From positions 1-36,554 of the forward strand of contig JAHIZN010000215.1 of assembly GCA_018814245.1 (NCBI GenBank): a stretch of 36,554 nt of DNA. Direction: 5' to 3'. This DNA is from a bacterium. Its GTDB lineage: Bacteria > UBA9089 > CG2-30-40-21. A program made the position numbers and the translations under genes. Below, piece by piece: positions 8,318 to 16,183 of this stretch (the first letter of the stretch is position 1; each line of letters opens with the position of its first letter). The notes beneath the pieces are model-generated. The model did no database searches. It worked only from the letters and a program-made list of their open reading frames with translations, and was not told the origin of the DNA.

Positions 8318-8964
8318 CAGAACCTTGCTTCATCAGCCCATCCAGAATTTGTTGCTATCTTTCCATACATTTTTTTTGCCTGCAGTACATTCCCTGTTTT
8401 CTGATAACATCTTCCAAGACTTAAAGAAGCCTCCTGAACCTCAAAACTCTGCGGATACTTTTTTGACAACATCTCATACGAATCAATTGCTTTCTTAAAC
8501 TCTTTTTTTTGTTCGTAGATGTTACCTATGCGACAGTAAGCAGCCGGAGACAGAGTGTGTTTTGGATATTTTTCCAGAAATTCCTCAAAGCAAGCCTTAG
8601 CATCATCAAGCTGTCCAAGGTAATAACAACATGCCCCTTTATAAAATCTGGCAAATTTGGCCTCTTTGGTAAAGCCATATTTGTTGATAATGGATGAAAA
8701 GACATCCTTTGCCTTTATGTAACCCTCTTTTTCACCCGGAACGCATTGTTGATATGCAACCTGTGCCTGAGAAAACTGCTTCCTCACATTATTAATTGAG
8801 GTAGAGACAGCTGACCAGAGGATAATTCCACCAATAACTACTCCGGCAGCAATCCCGCCATATGTCTGAATCTTTGTCGGATTTTTCTTGACATATTCAA
8901 TCGAGTCATGTATCCATAGAGCCAGCTCATCCTTTTTTAAGTCATGCTTTTTAATGTGTGACAT
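8302..8964 (-). CDS. Membrane-anchored TPR-repeat protein (YfgM-like architecture)
   Basis: An N-terminal TM helix (GGIAAGVVIGGIILW) is followed by TPR-like repeats (YYLGQLDDAKACFEEFLEKYP, IGNIYEQKKEFKKAIDSYE). Confidence 0.65.
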   Translation of the reverse strand: MSHIKKHDLKKDELALWIHDSIEYVKKNPTKIQTYGGIAAGVVIGGIILWSAVSTSINNVRKQFSQAQVAYQQCVPGEKEGYIKAKDVFSSIINKYGFTKEAKFARFYKGACCYYLGQLDDAKACFEEFLEKYPKHTLSPAAYCRIGNIYEQKKEFKKAIDSYEMLSKKYPQSFEVQEASLSLGRCYQKTGNVLQAKKMYGKIATNSGWADEARFWWKNL

Positions 8965-8987
8965 TTCTTTTCACCTTCCTTTTTTAA

Positions 8988-9144
8988 GTAATTACTCAAT
9001 AACCTATGGATTTTGTAAGTCATGAAGACTACCCTTATAAGTAGAGACGCAATATTTTGCGTCTCTACTCCCACAATTGCAACGAGTTAGATTGCCTCAG
9101 CACCTTCAACCTTCTGGAATTGCCACAGGATATTGAGCAATTAC
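8988..9144. repeat. Composite nested repeat: family G shell (GTAATTRCTCAATAWCCTRTGG) enclosing a family B hairpin
   Basis: Left end gtaattactcaataacctatgg and right end ccacaggatattgagcaattac are inverted. The interior shares about 130 bp with 6011-6140, including the gtagagacgcaa..ttgcgtctctac hairpin and caattgcaacgaRttagattgc. Confidence 0.85.
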
Positions 9145-9176
9145 AGAAATAGGTTTGCTTATTTCCCATGCCATTT

Positions 9177-9261
9177 GCGAGGATGGCAGAGTTGGCAGAC
9201 GCGCCAGACTTAGGATCTGGTGGGGCAACCTGTGCGGGTTCGAGTCTCGATCCTCGCACCA
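9177..9261 (+). tRNA. tRNA-Leu (anticodon TAG)
   Basis: Acceptor stem GCGAGGA/TCCTCGC, anticodon arm CCAGA-CTTAGGA-TCTGG, a long variable arm, T-loop TTCGAGT and an encoded CCA. There is one mismatch at the base of the T stem. Confidence 0.85.
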
Positions 9262-9324
9262 GAATACAATCACATTACAACATACAGTGTCTTTTTTGAC
9301 AAAGCCAAAAAATAGCAAAGGCGG

Positions 9325-9996
9325 TCAAATATCTTCATGTTTTTCCCAATACCTTTTTACTTCCTCAAAATGCTTGATTCTACCAGCAATCTTTTCAATC
9401 TCTTTTGGATAAAATTCAGCAAGTATAGCACAGAGTCGAAGCATCCATGACTTTCTGGTTTGTTTGTCATTGATTGATATTCTGTTAGAATTGGCGATTT
9501 GAATTTGCCCCCAACCCAATGCGCCAATTGTCAGACATTGCCAATCAAGATGTTCTATTGGAACAAAATGACAAGATTTTGCCTTGAGTTTTTCTTTTTC
9601 AATTTTGTATGCAACAATCAGAAGTATAAAGTAATTACTATCATCTTCATAGAACCTTGTGAGTCGCTCAACAGATGTTAGGTTTGGCATATTGAATGCT
9701 GTATCAAGATTGTGTGTCTTATTATCAACCACATAATAAAAACCATCGTTATCTGTAAATGCGAAATCCGCCATAGATCGACGAGCAAATGACGAATTGT
9801 ATTCTTTAAGAATTTCTTTGGGAAGAAGTTCATTAAATTTTGATTCGAGCAATTGCTGAATAGCATCACCAACAGCACGAGGACTATTAATGGTTCTGGC
9901 ACTCATCAAACTATGTTCTTCATTGATAAGTGTCAAAACATTTCTTTCTATATCTGACTGAATATGCCCAGAGAATAATTTACTTCTATTTGTCAT
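9325..9996 (-). CDS. Putative type II restriction endonuclease (PD-(D/E)XK-like)
   Basis: It overlaps the stop of the upstream DNA methyltransferase by 11 nt. It contains a candidate catalytic motif MADFAF...YVVDNK (D...D-x-K). No closer family assignment is possible by eye. Confidence 0.6.
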   Translation of the reverse strand: MTNRSKLFSGHIQSDIERNVLTLINEEHSLMSARTINSPRAVGDAIQQLLESKFNELLPKEILKEYNSSFARRSMADFAFTDNDGFYYVVDNKTHNLDTAFNMPNLTSVERLTRFYEDDSNYFILLIVAYKIEKEKLKAKSCHFVPIEHLDWQCLTIGALGWGQIQIANSNRISINDKQTRKSWMLRLCAILAEFYPKEIEKIAGRIKHFEEVKRYWEKHEDI

Positions 9997-10993
9997 TTGC
10001 TACCTCAAAAAGTGAAAAAAGGTTTAGGGGCTGTATGTTCTTACTTAATCTTTTTTTCCCATTCTGATAATTCAGTGAATTCCTTTCCCAAAACACACCA
10101 TCAGAATAACCCTGTATGGATTTGTCACAGTCAGCCCCATCAAGTCGGTTTTGTGCCCAACAACAATATTCTGTGTTGACTTCAACACCACAATAATGGC
10201 GATTAAGTTTTTTAGCAACAACCGAAGTAGTACCAGAACCTAAAAACGGATCAAACACAGTCCCTTTTTCAGGACAACTAGCCAAGATTAATTTGGCAAT
10301 TAGTTTTTCGGGTTTTTGCGTAGGGTGGTCTGTGTTTTCAGGCATAGACCAATATGGTATAGTAATATCATCCCAAAAGTTAGATGGGTGTGTTAATCTA
10401 AAATTACCTTCTTCCGTTTCTTCCCAGTCTTTTGGCTCTCCATTTTCTTTGTATGGAGCAATTACCTTTCGTTTCATTTTGACTGCTTCTACATCAAAAA
10501 AGTAATTATTACTAATTGTGCCAAACCAAATGTCTTCAGTGCAGTTTTTCCAGTTTGACTTTGCACCACGCCCTTTTTCTCTTTGCCAAATAATTCTGTT
10601 TTGGACAACAAGATACTTGCTTACAATACGATATAGTGCGGATGTACTTCTCCAATCACCGCAAATATATACTGACCCTGTTGGTTTCAAGAGTCGCATC
10701 AATTCAGGAAACCAGCTATCGAGGTATTTGAAATAACTGTCATCATCGATTTTATTAAACTTAAAACCGTTAAACTCTTTGTCAAGATTATATGGTGGGT
10801 CAATTACCATTAAGTCAACAAAGTTTGACGGGAAATATTTAATTATCTCAAATAAATTATCATTAAAAGTTTTATCTATAACTTCATTAATAGACAATAC
10901 ATTTGTAGCATGTGACAAATATTTTGAAAGAAGAACTGCTTCATTCTTTGTTATAGTAATCGTACGATTTCTTGGTGCTCTTTCTTTTTCCAT
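9986..10993 (-). CDS. Beta-class DNA methyltransferase (N6-adenine or N4-cytosine)
   Basis: Motif IV VIDPPYN precedes motif I FDPFLGSGTTSVVA, which is the beta-class permutation. Confidence 0.85.
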   Translation of the reverse strand: MEKERAPRNRTITITKNEAVLLSKYLSHATNVLSINEVIDKTFNDNLFEIIKYFPSNFVDLMVIDPPYNLDKEFNGFKFNKIDDDSYFKYLDSWFPELMRLLKPTGSVYICGDWRSTSALYRIVSKYLVVQNRIIWQREKGRGAKSNWKNCTEDIWFGTISNNYFFDVEAVKMKRKVIAPYKENGEPKDWEETEEGNFRLTHPSNFWDDITIPYWSMPENTDHPTQKPEKLIAKLILASCPEKGTVFDPFLGSGTTSVVAKKLNRHYCGVEVNTEYCCWAQNRLDGADCDKSIQGYSDGVFWERNSLNYQNGKKRLSKNIQPLNLFSLFEVANDK

Positions 10994-11072
10994 AACATAT
11001 TATTACCTTTAACCGAACTGTTATTCGCCATATTATTTGGGATGTTTTTCTGAGGCAGTATACCCGATTACA

Positions 11073-11208
11073 AGAGAAAGAACCACAAAGGGTGTAAATA
11101 TCTCAGAGAGAAAAATAATTGCGAGCGATAACAAGATAATTGCAAATGATAAGAGCCGTTGACAAGGGTTTATCTCTTAGGATTTACACCCTTTGTGATT
11201 CTTTCTCT
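11073..11208. mobile_element. MITE-like element, family A (TIR AGAGAAAGARCCACAAAGGGTGTAAAT), copy 1
   Basis: 136 bp with inverted repeats of about 27 bp at 11073-11099 and 11182-11208. Contains the internal gagccgttgacaaggg motif. Confidence 0.9.
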
Positions 11209-11264
11209 CTGTAAATGAGATTGATATACTCATGTAATTGCCGCAGAATATTGAGCAGTTACTG

Positions 11265-12425
11265 TTACTTCCCCATCCCTATCCTCTGTGCCTTTTGAAA
11301 TATCTTTCCCTCTGTTTTTATGGCAGGGGCAATAACCAATTCTGACAATTGCATTTGCTTGATATTAGCTGCTCCACACACACCCATGGCGGTTCGTAAG
11401 GCACCAACAAGGTTTTGCGAGCCATCGTCCAGATGTGCCGGACCATAGAGGGTTGTCTCAAGGGTTGAGGTTGTACCAACAAAGATTCTTGTTCCTCTTG
11501 GCAGGTTACGGTGTGGCGTAGCCATGCCCCAATGATAACCCTTTCCTGGAGACTCTTTTGTCTTGGCAAAGGCAGAGCCTATCATCACCGCATCTGCCCC
11601 GGATGCGAATGCCTTGCAAACATCCCCTCCAACAGACATCCCGCCATCAGTAATAATAGATACATATCTTCCTGTTTGTTTATAATAAAAATCTCTGGCT
11701 GCTGCACAATCTACTGTAGCTGATACCTGCGGCACACCAATACCAAGCACCCCTCGGGTTGTACAGGCAGATCCGGGTCCTACTCCAACCAGCAACCCAT
11801 CAATACCTGTTCCCATGAGTTCTAATGCAGCCTCATAGGTTACGCAATTGCCAACAATCACTGGAATAGAAATCTTTTTCTTTAACTCCTTAAAATCTAA
11901 GGAAGGATTTTTCTCTGAGATATACTTAGCCGTAACAACGGTTGCCTGAATGATAAGCATATCAGCCCCTGCCTCTTGAGCAATTGGACCAAATTCAGCT
12001 ATTCTTTGAGGGATAACCGAGACAGCGGCAATCCCGCCCCCATCCTTTATCTCTTTTATCCTTTTGGCGACCAATTCCTTTTTAACAGGTTCCTCATATA
12101 TCCTTTGCAGAACATTGGTTGCCTCATCCGGAGAAGCCTTGACTATTTCAGCAATTGCCCCTGATGGGTCCTCATACCTGGTCTGAATCCCTTCCAGATT
12201 AAGCACTGCAATCCCGCCAAGCTTACTCATGGCTATGGCAAAATGAACATCCACCACCCCATCCATGGCTGAAGCAAGTACTGGAATATCAAACTTAAGA
12301 TTGCCAAGCCTCCATGTTGTATCCACATCCTCTGGATCAATGGTTATCCCCCCAGGGACAATAGCAATATCATCAAACCCATAACAAGTGCGTGCCTTTC
12401 GGCCACGGCCAATCCATGTACCCAT
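11265..12425 (-). CDS. IMP dehydrogenase family protein lacking the CBS insert (GuaB3-like)
   Basis: 386 aa TIM-barrel IMPDH/GMPR pattern: FDDIAIVP, SAMDGV, GVGPGSACTTR and ITDGG. The N-terminus resembles mycobacterial GuaB3. Confidence 0.75.
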   Translation of the reverse strand: MGTWIGRGRKARTCYGFDDIAIVPGGITIDPEDVDTTWRLGNLKFDIPVLASAMDGVVDVHFAIAMSKLGGIAVLNLEGIQTRYEDPSGAIAEIVKASPDEATNVLQRIYEEPVKKELVAKRIKEIKDGGGIAAVSVIPQRIAEFGPIAQEAGADMLIIQATVVTAKYISEKNPSLDFKELKKKISIPVIVGNCVTYEAALELMGTGIDGLLVGVGPGSACTTRGVLGIGVPQVSATVDCAAARDFYYKQTGRYVSIITDGGMSVGGDVCKAFASGADAVMIGSAFAKTKESPGKGYHWGMATPHRNLPRGTRIFVGTTSTLETTLYGPAHLDDGSQNLVGALRTAMGVCGAANIKQMQLSELVIAPAIKTEGKIFQKAQRIGMGK

Positions 12426-12452
12426 TTCTTCCTCCTATTGTTAACTTGTTAT

Positions 12453-12678
12453 CTGTGCAATTAGAAATCACCACTTGTTTGCAGAGAAAGAGCCACAAAG
12501 GGTGTAAACCCATCGATGCACCCTTGTCAGGCTCTTCTTATTATGTAATTACCTTATTATTGTTGCAATATTTCCCCGTAGATTACACCCTTTGTGGCTC
12601 TTTCTCTTCTCTATTGTGAGAAACTGGATATGGTATCCACACAAAACAAAAGTAAAGTCGTAAATTCTAATTGCACAG
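12453..12678. mobile_element. Composite nested MITE: family I shell (CTGTGCAATTAGAA) carrying family A copy 2 (12483-12607), flanked by an 11-bp direct repeat
   Basis: TIRs are ctgtgcaattagaa (12453-12466) and ttctaattgcacag (12665-12678). The direct repeat GTTAACTTGTT is at 12440-12450 and 12682-12692. The family A TIRs are at 12483-12508 and 12582-12607. Confidence 0.85.
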
Positions 12679-12882
12679 GTCGTTAACTTGTTGTTTATGT
12701 AAATAGTTGCGAAAAATCAAGAACTGCTTGCAAACAAATAAAAGCTTGATAAGCCACAAACATTCTCAAACATGCTCCAGCCCTTGCTGTCAGATGAATT
12801 GCCTTATTAGGCAATAGCTTGGTATGTTTTACCTGCAACGCTTGAATTAACGAAAATATGCAAATCGTCCCATTATTTTCCT

Positions 12883-13071
12883 TTACCTTGATTCCTTCTT
12901 TCCAATAGAGGATAACTTGCTCCCTTGGCCAGAGGGTGGTGGTGGTGGTGGTGTTTTTGGAGGTAGATTTACACCTCCTTTTTTTATAGTTCCCTCATTC
13001 AGTGGCTCTGGAATCGATATTATTTTTTTGCAAGCATCTTCAGACCATAGATTCGATGTTATTTTTTTCAT
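12883..13071 (-). CDS. Small proline-rich hypothetical protein
   Basis: 62 aa. Strong SD AAGGAGGA lies about 6 nt upstream of the ATG. It overlaps the upstream membrane-protein gene by 32 nt. A PPKTPPPPPPSG tract is encoded by a (GGT)n run on the plus strand. Confidence 0.55.
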   Translation of the reverse strand: MKKITSNLWSEDACKKIISIPEPLNEGTIKKGGVNLPPKTPPPPPPSGQGSKLSSIGKKESR

Positions 13072-13738
13072 CTTCGTCCTCCTTTTTCCATTTTATATTT
13101 TCACTAACTGGAATTGTTCTGAACTCTATTGTAATATCATCACGGTTTCTGGAAATATACATTGCTCCAACTTGATACAAAGGTTCACCTTCTAAATTGC
13201 TATAGACAGAAACATCGCGAAGAAGCAATTCAGCATCTTTTGAATCATCAGAAAAAGCTTTAACCCATCCATCATAAACCATGTCTTTTTTTATATCTCT
13301 GATAGTTACCCATTCGATATTTTTTGCGTTAAAGGCATAACCCCATACATCCAATTCACCAAATTTTTTAGTAATCCTTAAAATCTTAACCAATCGAAAG
13401 TGAATTTTATAGGTTTCAATTGCAGTGATAACCAGTCCCAGAATAATTGAGGCAATGCAGACCCAAGCTATCTCAGAATAGGAAATAGAAATATTGGCAT
13501 CAACAAGTGCTCGAAGAAATATGACTTCTGGTTTAGGTACACAAAGATTCACTTTGGTTCCGATGAAAAGTATCAACCAAAATAAGAAATATGACGACAA
13601 TCCAAAGACAAAAGATTGAAGCAGAAAGAAAAATGATTCTCGTGGTTTATGTATTGTAAATGCGTCTACGATATATGAACAGATTATTCCAGGAAAGAAA
13701 AGAAGCAAAAGTCTTATCGTAAATTCTGTTATATCCAT
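13040..13738 (-). CDS. Hypothetical integral membrane protein with a cytoplasmic beta-rich C-terminal domain
   Basis: 232 aa with 4 predicted TM helices in residues 1-110. A soluble domain follows (WVTIRDIKKDMVYDGWVKAFSDDSKDAELLLRDVSVY). From memory this resembles DUF6338-type proteins, which I could not verify. SD GAAGGAG. Confidence 0.6.
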   Translation of the reverse strand: MDITEFTIRLLLLFFPGIICSYIVDAFTIHKPRESFFFLLQSFVFGLSSYFLFWLILFIGTKVNLCVPKPEVIFLRALVDANISISYSEIAWVCIASIILGLVITAIETYKIHFRLVKILRITKKFGELDVWGYAFNAKNIEWVTIRDIKKDMVYDGWVKAFSDDSKDAELLLRDVSVYSNLEGEPLYQVGAMYISRNRDDITIEFRTIPVSENIKWKKEDEDEKNNIESMV

Positions 13739-13772
13739 ATTCCCAAGCTCTCCTTCTCTTGCCTAACTTGAT

Positions 13773-13897
13773 CGACAGGCTGTTACAGAACTGATAATCA
13801 GCGTCAACGCCATACACTATGTAGTACCCGCTGGTGAGATTAGCACAACATACTGTATGCTTCTCGTGCTGATTTCCTATTCCGTAGCAGTTTGTCG
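13773..13897 (-). other. Long imperfect hairpin (candidate structured RNA leader or ncRNA)
   Basis: The 30-nt arms 13773-13802 and 13868-13897 pair at 25 of 30 positions. Three of these are G-U pairs only when transcribed from the minus strand. An inner 12-bp stem (11 of 12 paired) and an apical loop of about 25 nt follow. Confidence 0.4.
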
Positions 13898-13929
13898 AGA
13901 TAACTAAGCACTTCCTTTATTATCAAAGT

Positions 13930-15720
13930 TCATTTCTTATCTCCATTTTTTTCTGGTTTGTCTAATAAGTGATGATGTATATCTAACTTCCCTCTTGCTT
14001 CAAAGGCAACTCGGATCAGTTCTTCAGAGGTAGTCTGCCCGCTCATCACCTTTCTCAGGGCTGCCTCTTCAAGGGTAATCATACCATTATTCGCTGCCTC
14101 TTCTTTGATTATATGGGATGCCTCCCGGGCAAGGATCATATCTTTGATGTTATCTGTTATCTGCATAACCTCAAATACCCCAAGACGACCACGATACCCT
14201 GTACGGCTGCAATGTCCACAGCCCTGTCCCTTTTTGAATATTATCTTCTCTCCTGGTTTTGGGATTACACCCAATTCCTTCAAAAGGATCTCTGACGGCT
14301 CATATTCCTCGCCGCATTTAGGGCAAACCCTTCGTATCAATCTCTGGGCAACACTTAAGATAATGGTCGAGGTAATAAGAAATGGTTCAATACCCATATT
14401 AACCAATCTGGTTACAGCACCGGCTGCATCATTGGTATGGAGTGTAGCAAATACAAGGTGTCCGGTCAGGGCAGCATTAATAGCTACCTCAGCCGTTTCA
14501 CGGTCCCGTATCTCACCAACCAGTATAATATCAGGATCCTGTCGCATAAATGACCGCAGACCAGTGGTAAAATCAAGCCCAATATCAGGTCTTGCCTGAA
14601 CCTGATTTATGCCGCGCATCATATATTCAACCGGGTCCTCCATAGTAATAATATTTTTATCCGTAGCATTAATTGTTCGCAGAGTAGAATAGAGTGTGGT
14701 AGACTTACCGCTTCCGGTTGGTCCGGTAATCAGGATAATTCCATACGGGGAGGTAATTATCCTTGTATACAGCCTTAAGATTTCCTCTTCAAACCCTAAT
14801 TTTGCCATATCCACACATAAACCCTTTGGATCAAGTACCCGTATAACCACTTTTTCGCCATTTACCGTAGGGATAATTGAAATTCTTAGATCTGCCTCTC
14901 TGTTCTCAATAATAATCTTTGCCCTTCCATCTTGAGGAAGTCTATGTTCAGCAATATCCATATTCCCAATGATTTTTATTCTGGAGACTATTGCTGCATG
15001 AACACTTTTGGGTGGTGACTCAAACTCATGAAGAATACCGTCAATCCTGTATCTTAATCTGACATCCTTTTGATATGGTTCAAGGTGAATATCACTTGCA
15101 CCCACTGTAATTGCTTGAAGAAGGATATGATTAGCCAACTTTATTATTGGTGCCTCTTTTTCCGAACTACGACCGGTCAGGTCAACCGCCTTCTCATCTG
15201 TAGCCCTTACAATATCAAATCGTTGAATATCTACCCCTTTTAATATCTCTTCAAGGGTAGACTCTTCACGGCCATACACCCTTTCAATGGCTGCCCTAAT
15301 CATTGATTCTGTAGCAATCACCGGCTTGATATCACACCCAGTAGCCTTCTTCATATCATCCAGAGCAAAAACATCCAATGGATCAGCCATAGCAACAGTA
15401 ATCGTCTTACCTTCTTTGATAATAGGCAGGATCAGGTGTCGTCTGATAAGACCTTCAAGGACATCTTTTCTTACCTTAGCATCAAACTGTTGGATGTCAA
15501 TGTCATCAAGGTTTATATGAGGAATGTTCATCTGACTGCCAAGAAAATCAAGGATAATGCCCTCTGTGGTAAACCCCAGATCAACTAATATCTTACCCAA
15601 TCTTTCCTTGGATCTCTTTTTCTCTTCTAAGGCAATCTCTAATTGCTCCTCAGTAAGTATCCCTGCATCCCGCAACATCTCACCAAGTCGTTTTCTTTCA
15701 TAATACATTTTACTCACCAC
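13930..15720 (-). CDS. Type IV pilus / type II secretion assembly ATPase (PilB/GspE family)
   Basis: N-terminal T2SSE_N-like domain, Walker A GPTGSGKST, and a C-terminal tetracysteine motif CPKC...CGHC. The start is uncertain (GTG at 15720 or ATG at 15708). Confidence 0.85.
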   Translation of the reverse strand: MVSKMYYERKRLGEMLRDAGILTEEQLEIALEEKKRSKERLGKILVDLGFTTEGIILDFLGSQMNIPHINLDDIDIQQFDAKVRKDVLEGLIRRHLILPIIKEGKTITVAMADPLDVFALDDMKKATGCDIKPVIATESMIRAAIERVYGREESTLEEILKGVDIQRFDIVRATDEKAVDLTGRSSEKEAPIIKLANHILLQAITVGASDIHLEPYQKDVRLRYRIDGILHEFESPPKSVHAAIVSRIKIIGNMDIAEHRLPQDGRAKIIIENREADLRISIIPTVNGEKVVIRVLDPKGLCVDMAKLGFEEEILRLYTRIITSPYGIILITGPTGSGKSTTLYSTLRTINATDKNIITMEDPVEYMMRGINQVQARPDIGLDFTTGLRSFMRQDPDIILVGEIRDRETAEVAINAALTGHLVFATLHTNDAAGAVTRLVNMGIEPFLITSTIILSVAQRLIRRVCPKCGEEYEPSEILLKELGVIPKPGEKIIFKKGQGCGHCSRTGYRGRLGVFEVMQITDNIKDMILAREASHIIKEEAANNGMITLEEAALRKVMSGQTTSEELIRVAFEARGKLDIHHHLLDKPEKNGDKK

Positions 15721-15869
15721 CTTAAGAAGCTATCAGCTTTCAGCCACCAGAGACAGAAAAATCAAGGCTGCCATTCCTGATAAAAGGCTGACAGACACCT
15801 TTAAGCTGATAGCTGAATACTTACCATTAAGTATATCACAGCTTTCAATAATTGACAACTAAAATTTAT

Positions 15870-16090
15870 CGACCTGTGCAATTAGAAACAGGGAATATAT
15901 CCGCAGATTTCGCAGATTATCGCAGATTAAAAAAATTGCAAAACAAATTCAACGGCTACGGTACATGGTGAAATCGTAGAGGCATGTAGAGACGCAAAAA
16001 TTTGCGTCTCTACATGCTTTCCCCCCTCATCTCATCTGTAATCTGTGAAATCTGCGTAATCTGCGGATTAAATCCTAATTGCACAGCTCG
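15870..16090. repeat. 221-bp concentric nested palindrome: family I shell > family D (GCAGATT repeats) > family B hairpin
   Basis: The outer arms are cgacctgtgcaattag and ctaattgcacagctcg. Inside them are gcagatttcgcagattatcgcagatt and aatctgtgaaatctgcgtaatctgc. The centre is gcatgtagagacgcaaaaatttgcgtctctacatgc. AAATTTAT is present on both outer flanks. Confidence 0.9.
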
Positions 16091-16183
16091 AAATTTATTG
16101 TAAACAGTCATGCCTCAGCAATGGCAGCCGCAGGCTTAATCCTGGCGCAAAATACTGATTACTGTTCACTGAACGCTTACATA

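Noticed and set aside
9065-9412. ORFs 9065-9259(-), 9106-9318(-) and 9155-9412(+).
   Set aside because: They overlap the tRNA-Leu gene and the repeat DNA, and they have no SD or recognisable domain.
11150-11190. The TTGACA motif inside family A MITEs might be an outward-facing mobile promoter.
   Set aside because: No acceptable -10 lies at 16-18 nt spacing; only GATTTA or TAGGAT are available. The motif orientation is also not consistent with downstream genes, since copies 1 and 4 face plus and copies 2 and 3 face minus.
12935-12956. The (GGT)n microsatellite might be a phase-variation switch.
   Set aside because: The unit length is 3 nt, so slippage changes the proline count but cannot shift the frame on or off.
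13773-13897. The long inverted repeat might be a retron msr/msd.
   Set aside because: No reverse transcriptase gene is adjacent, and no conserved retron features could be identified by eye. It is kept only as an unclassified structured element.
14105-14599. A 164-aa plus-strand ORF inside pilB. Similar long antisense ORFs occur at 26062-26628 (in pfk), 29488-30135 (in the NTP-transferase fusion), 24087-24512 (in the OMP gene) and 16728-17144 (in the dehydrogenase gene).
   Set aside because: All are antisense to genes with clear family motifs. They lack SDs and have biased, low-complexity composition.
13930-15720. The PilB/GspE gene might mark a secretion or pilus gene cluster.
   Set aside because: No pilC/gspF, pilT, pilin or secretin genes are adjacent in the window. 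It appears to be an isolated ATPase gene here, so no system-level claim is made.
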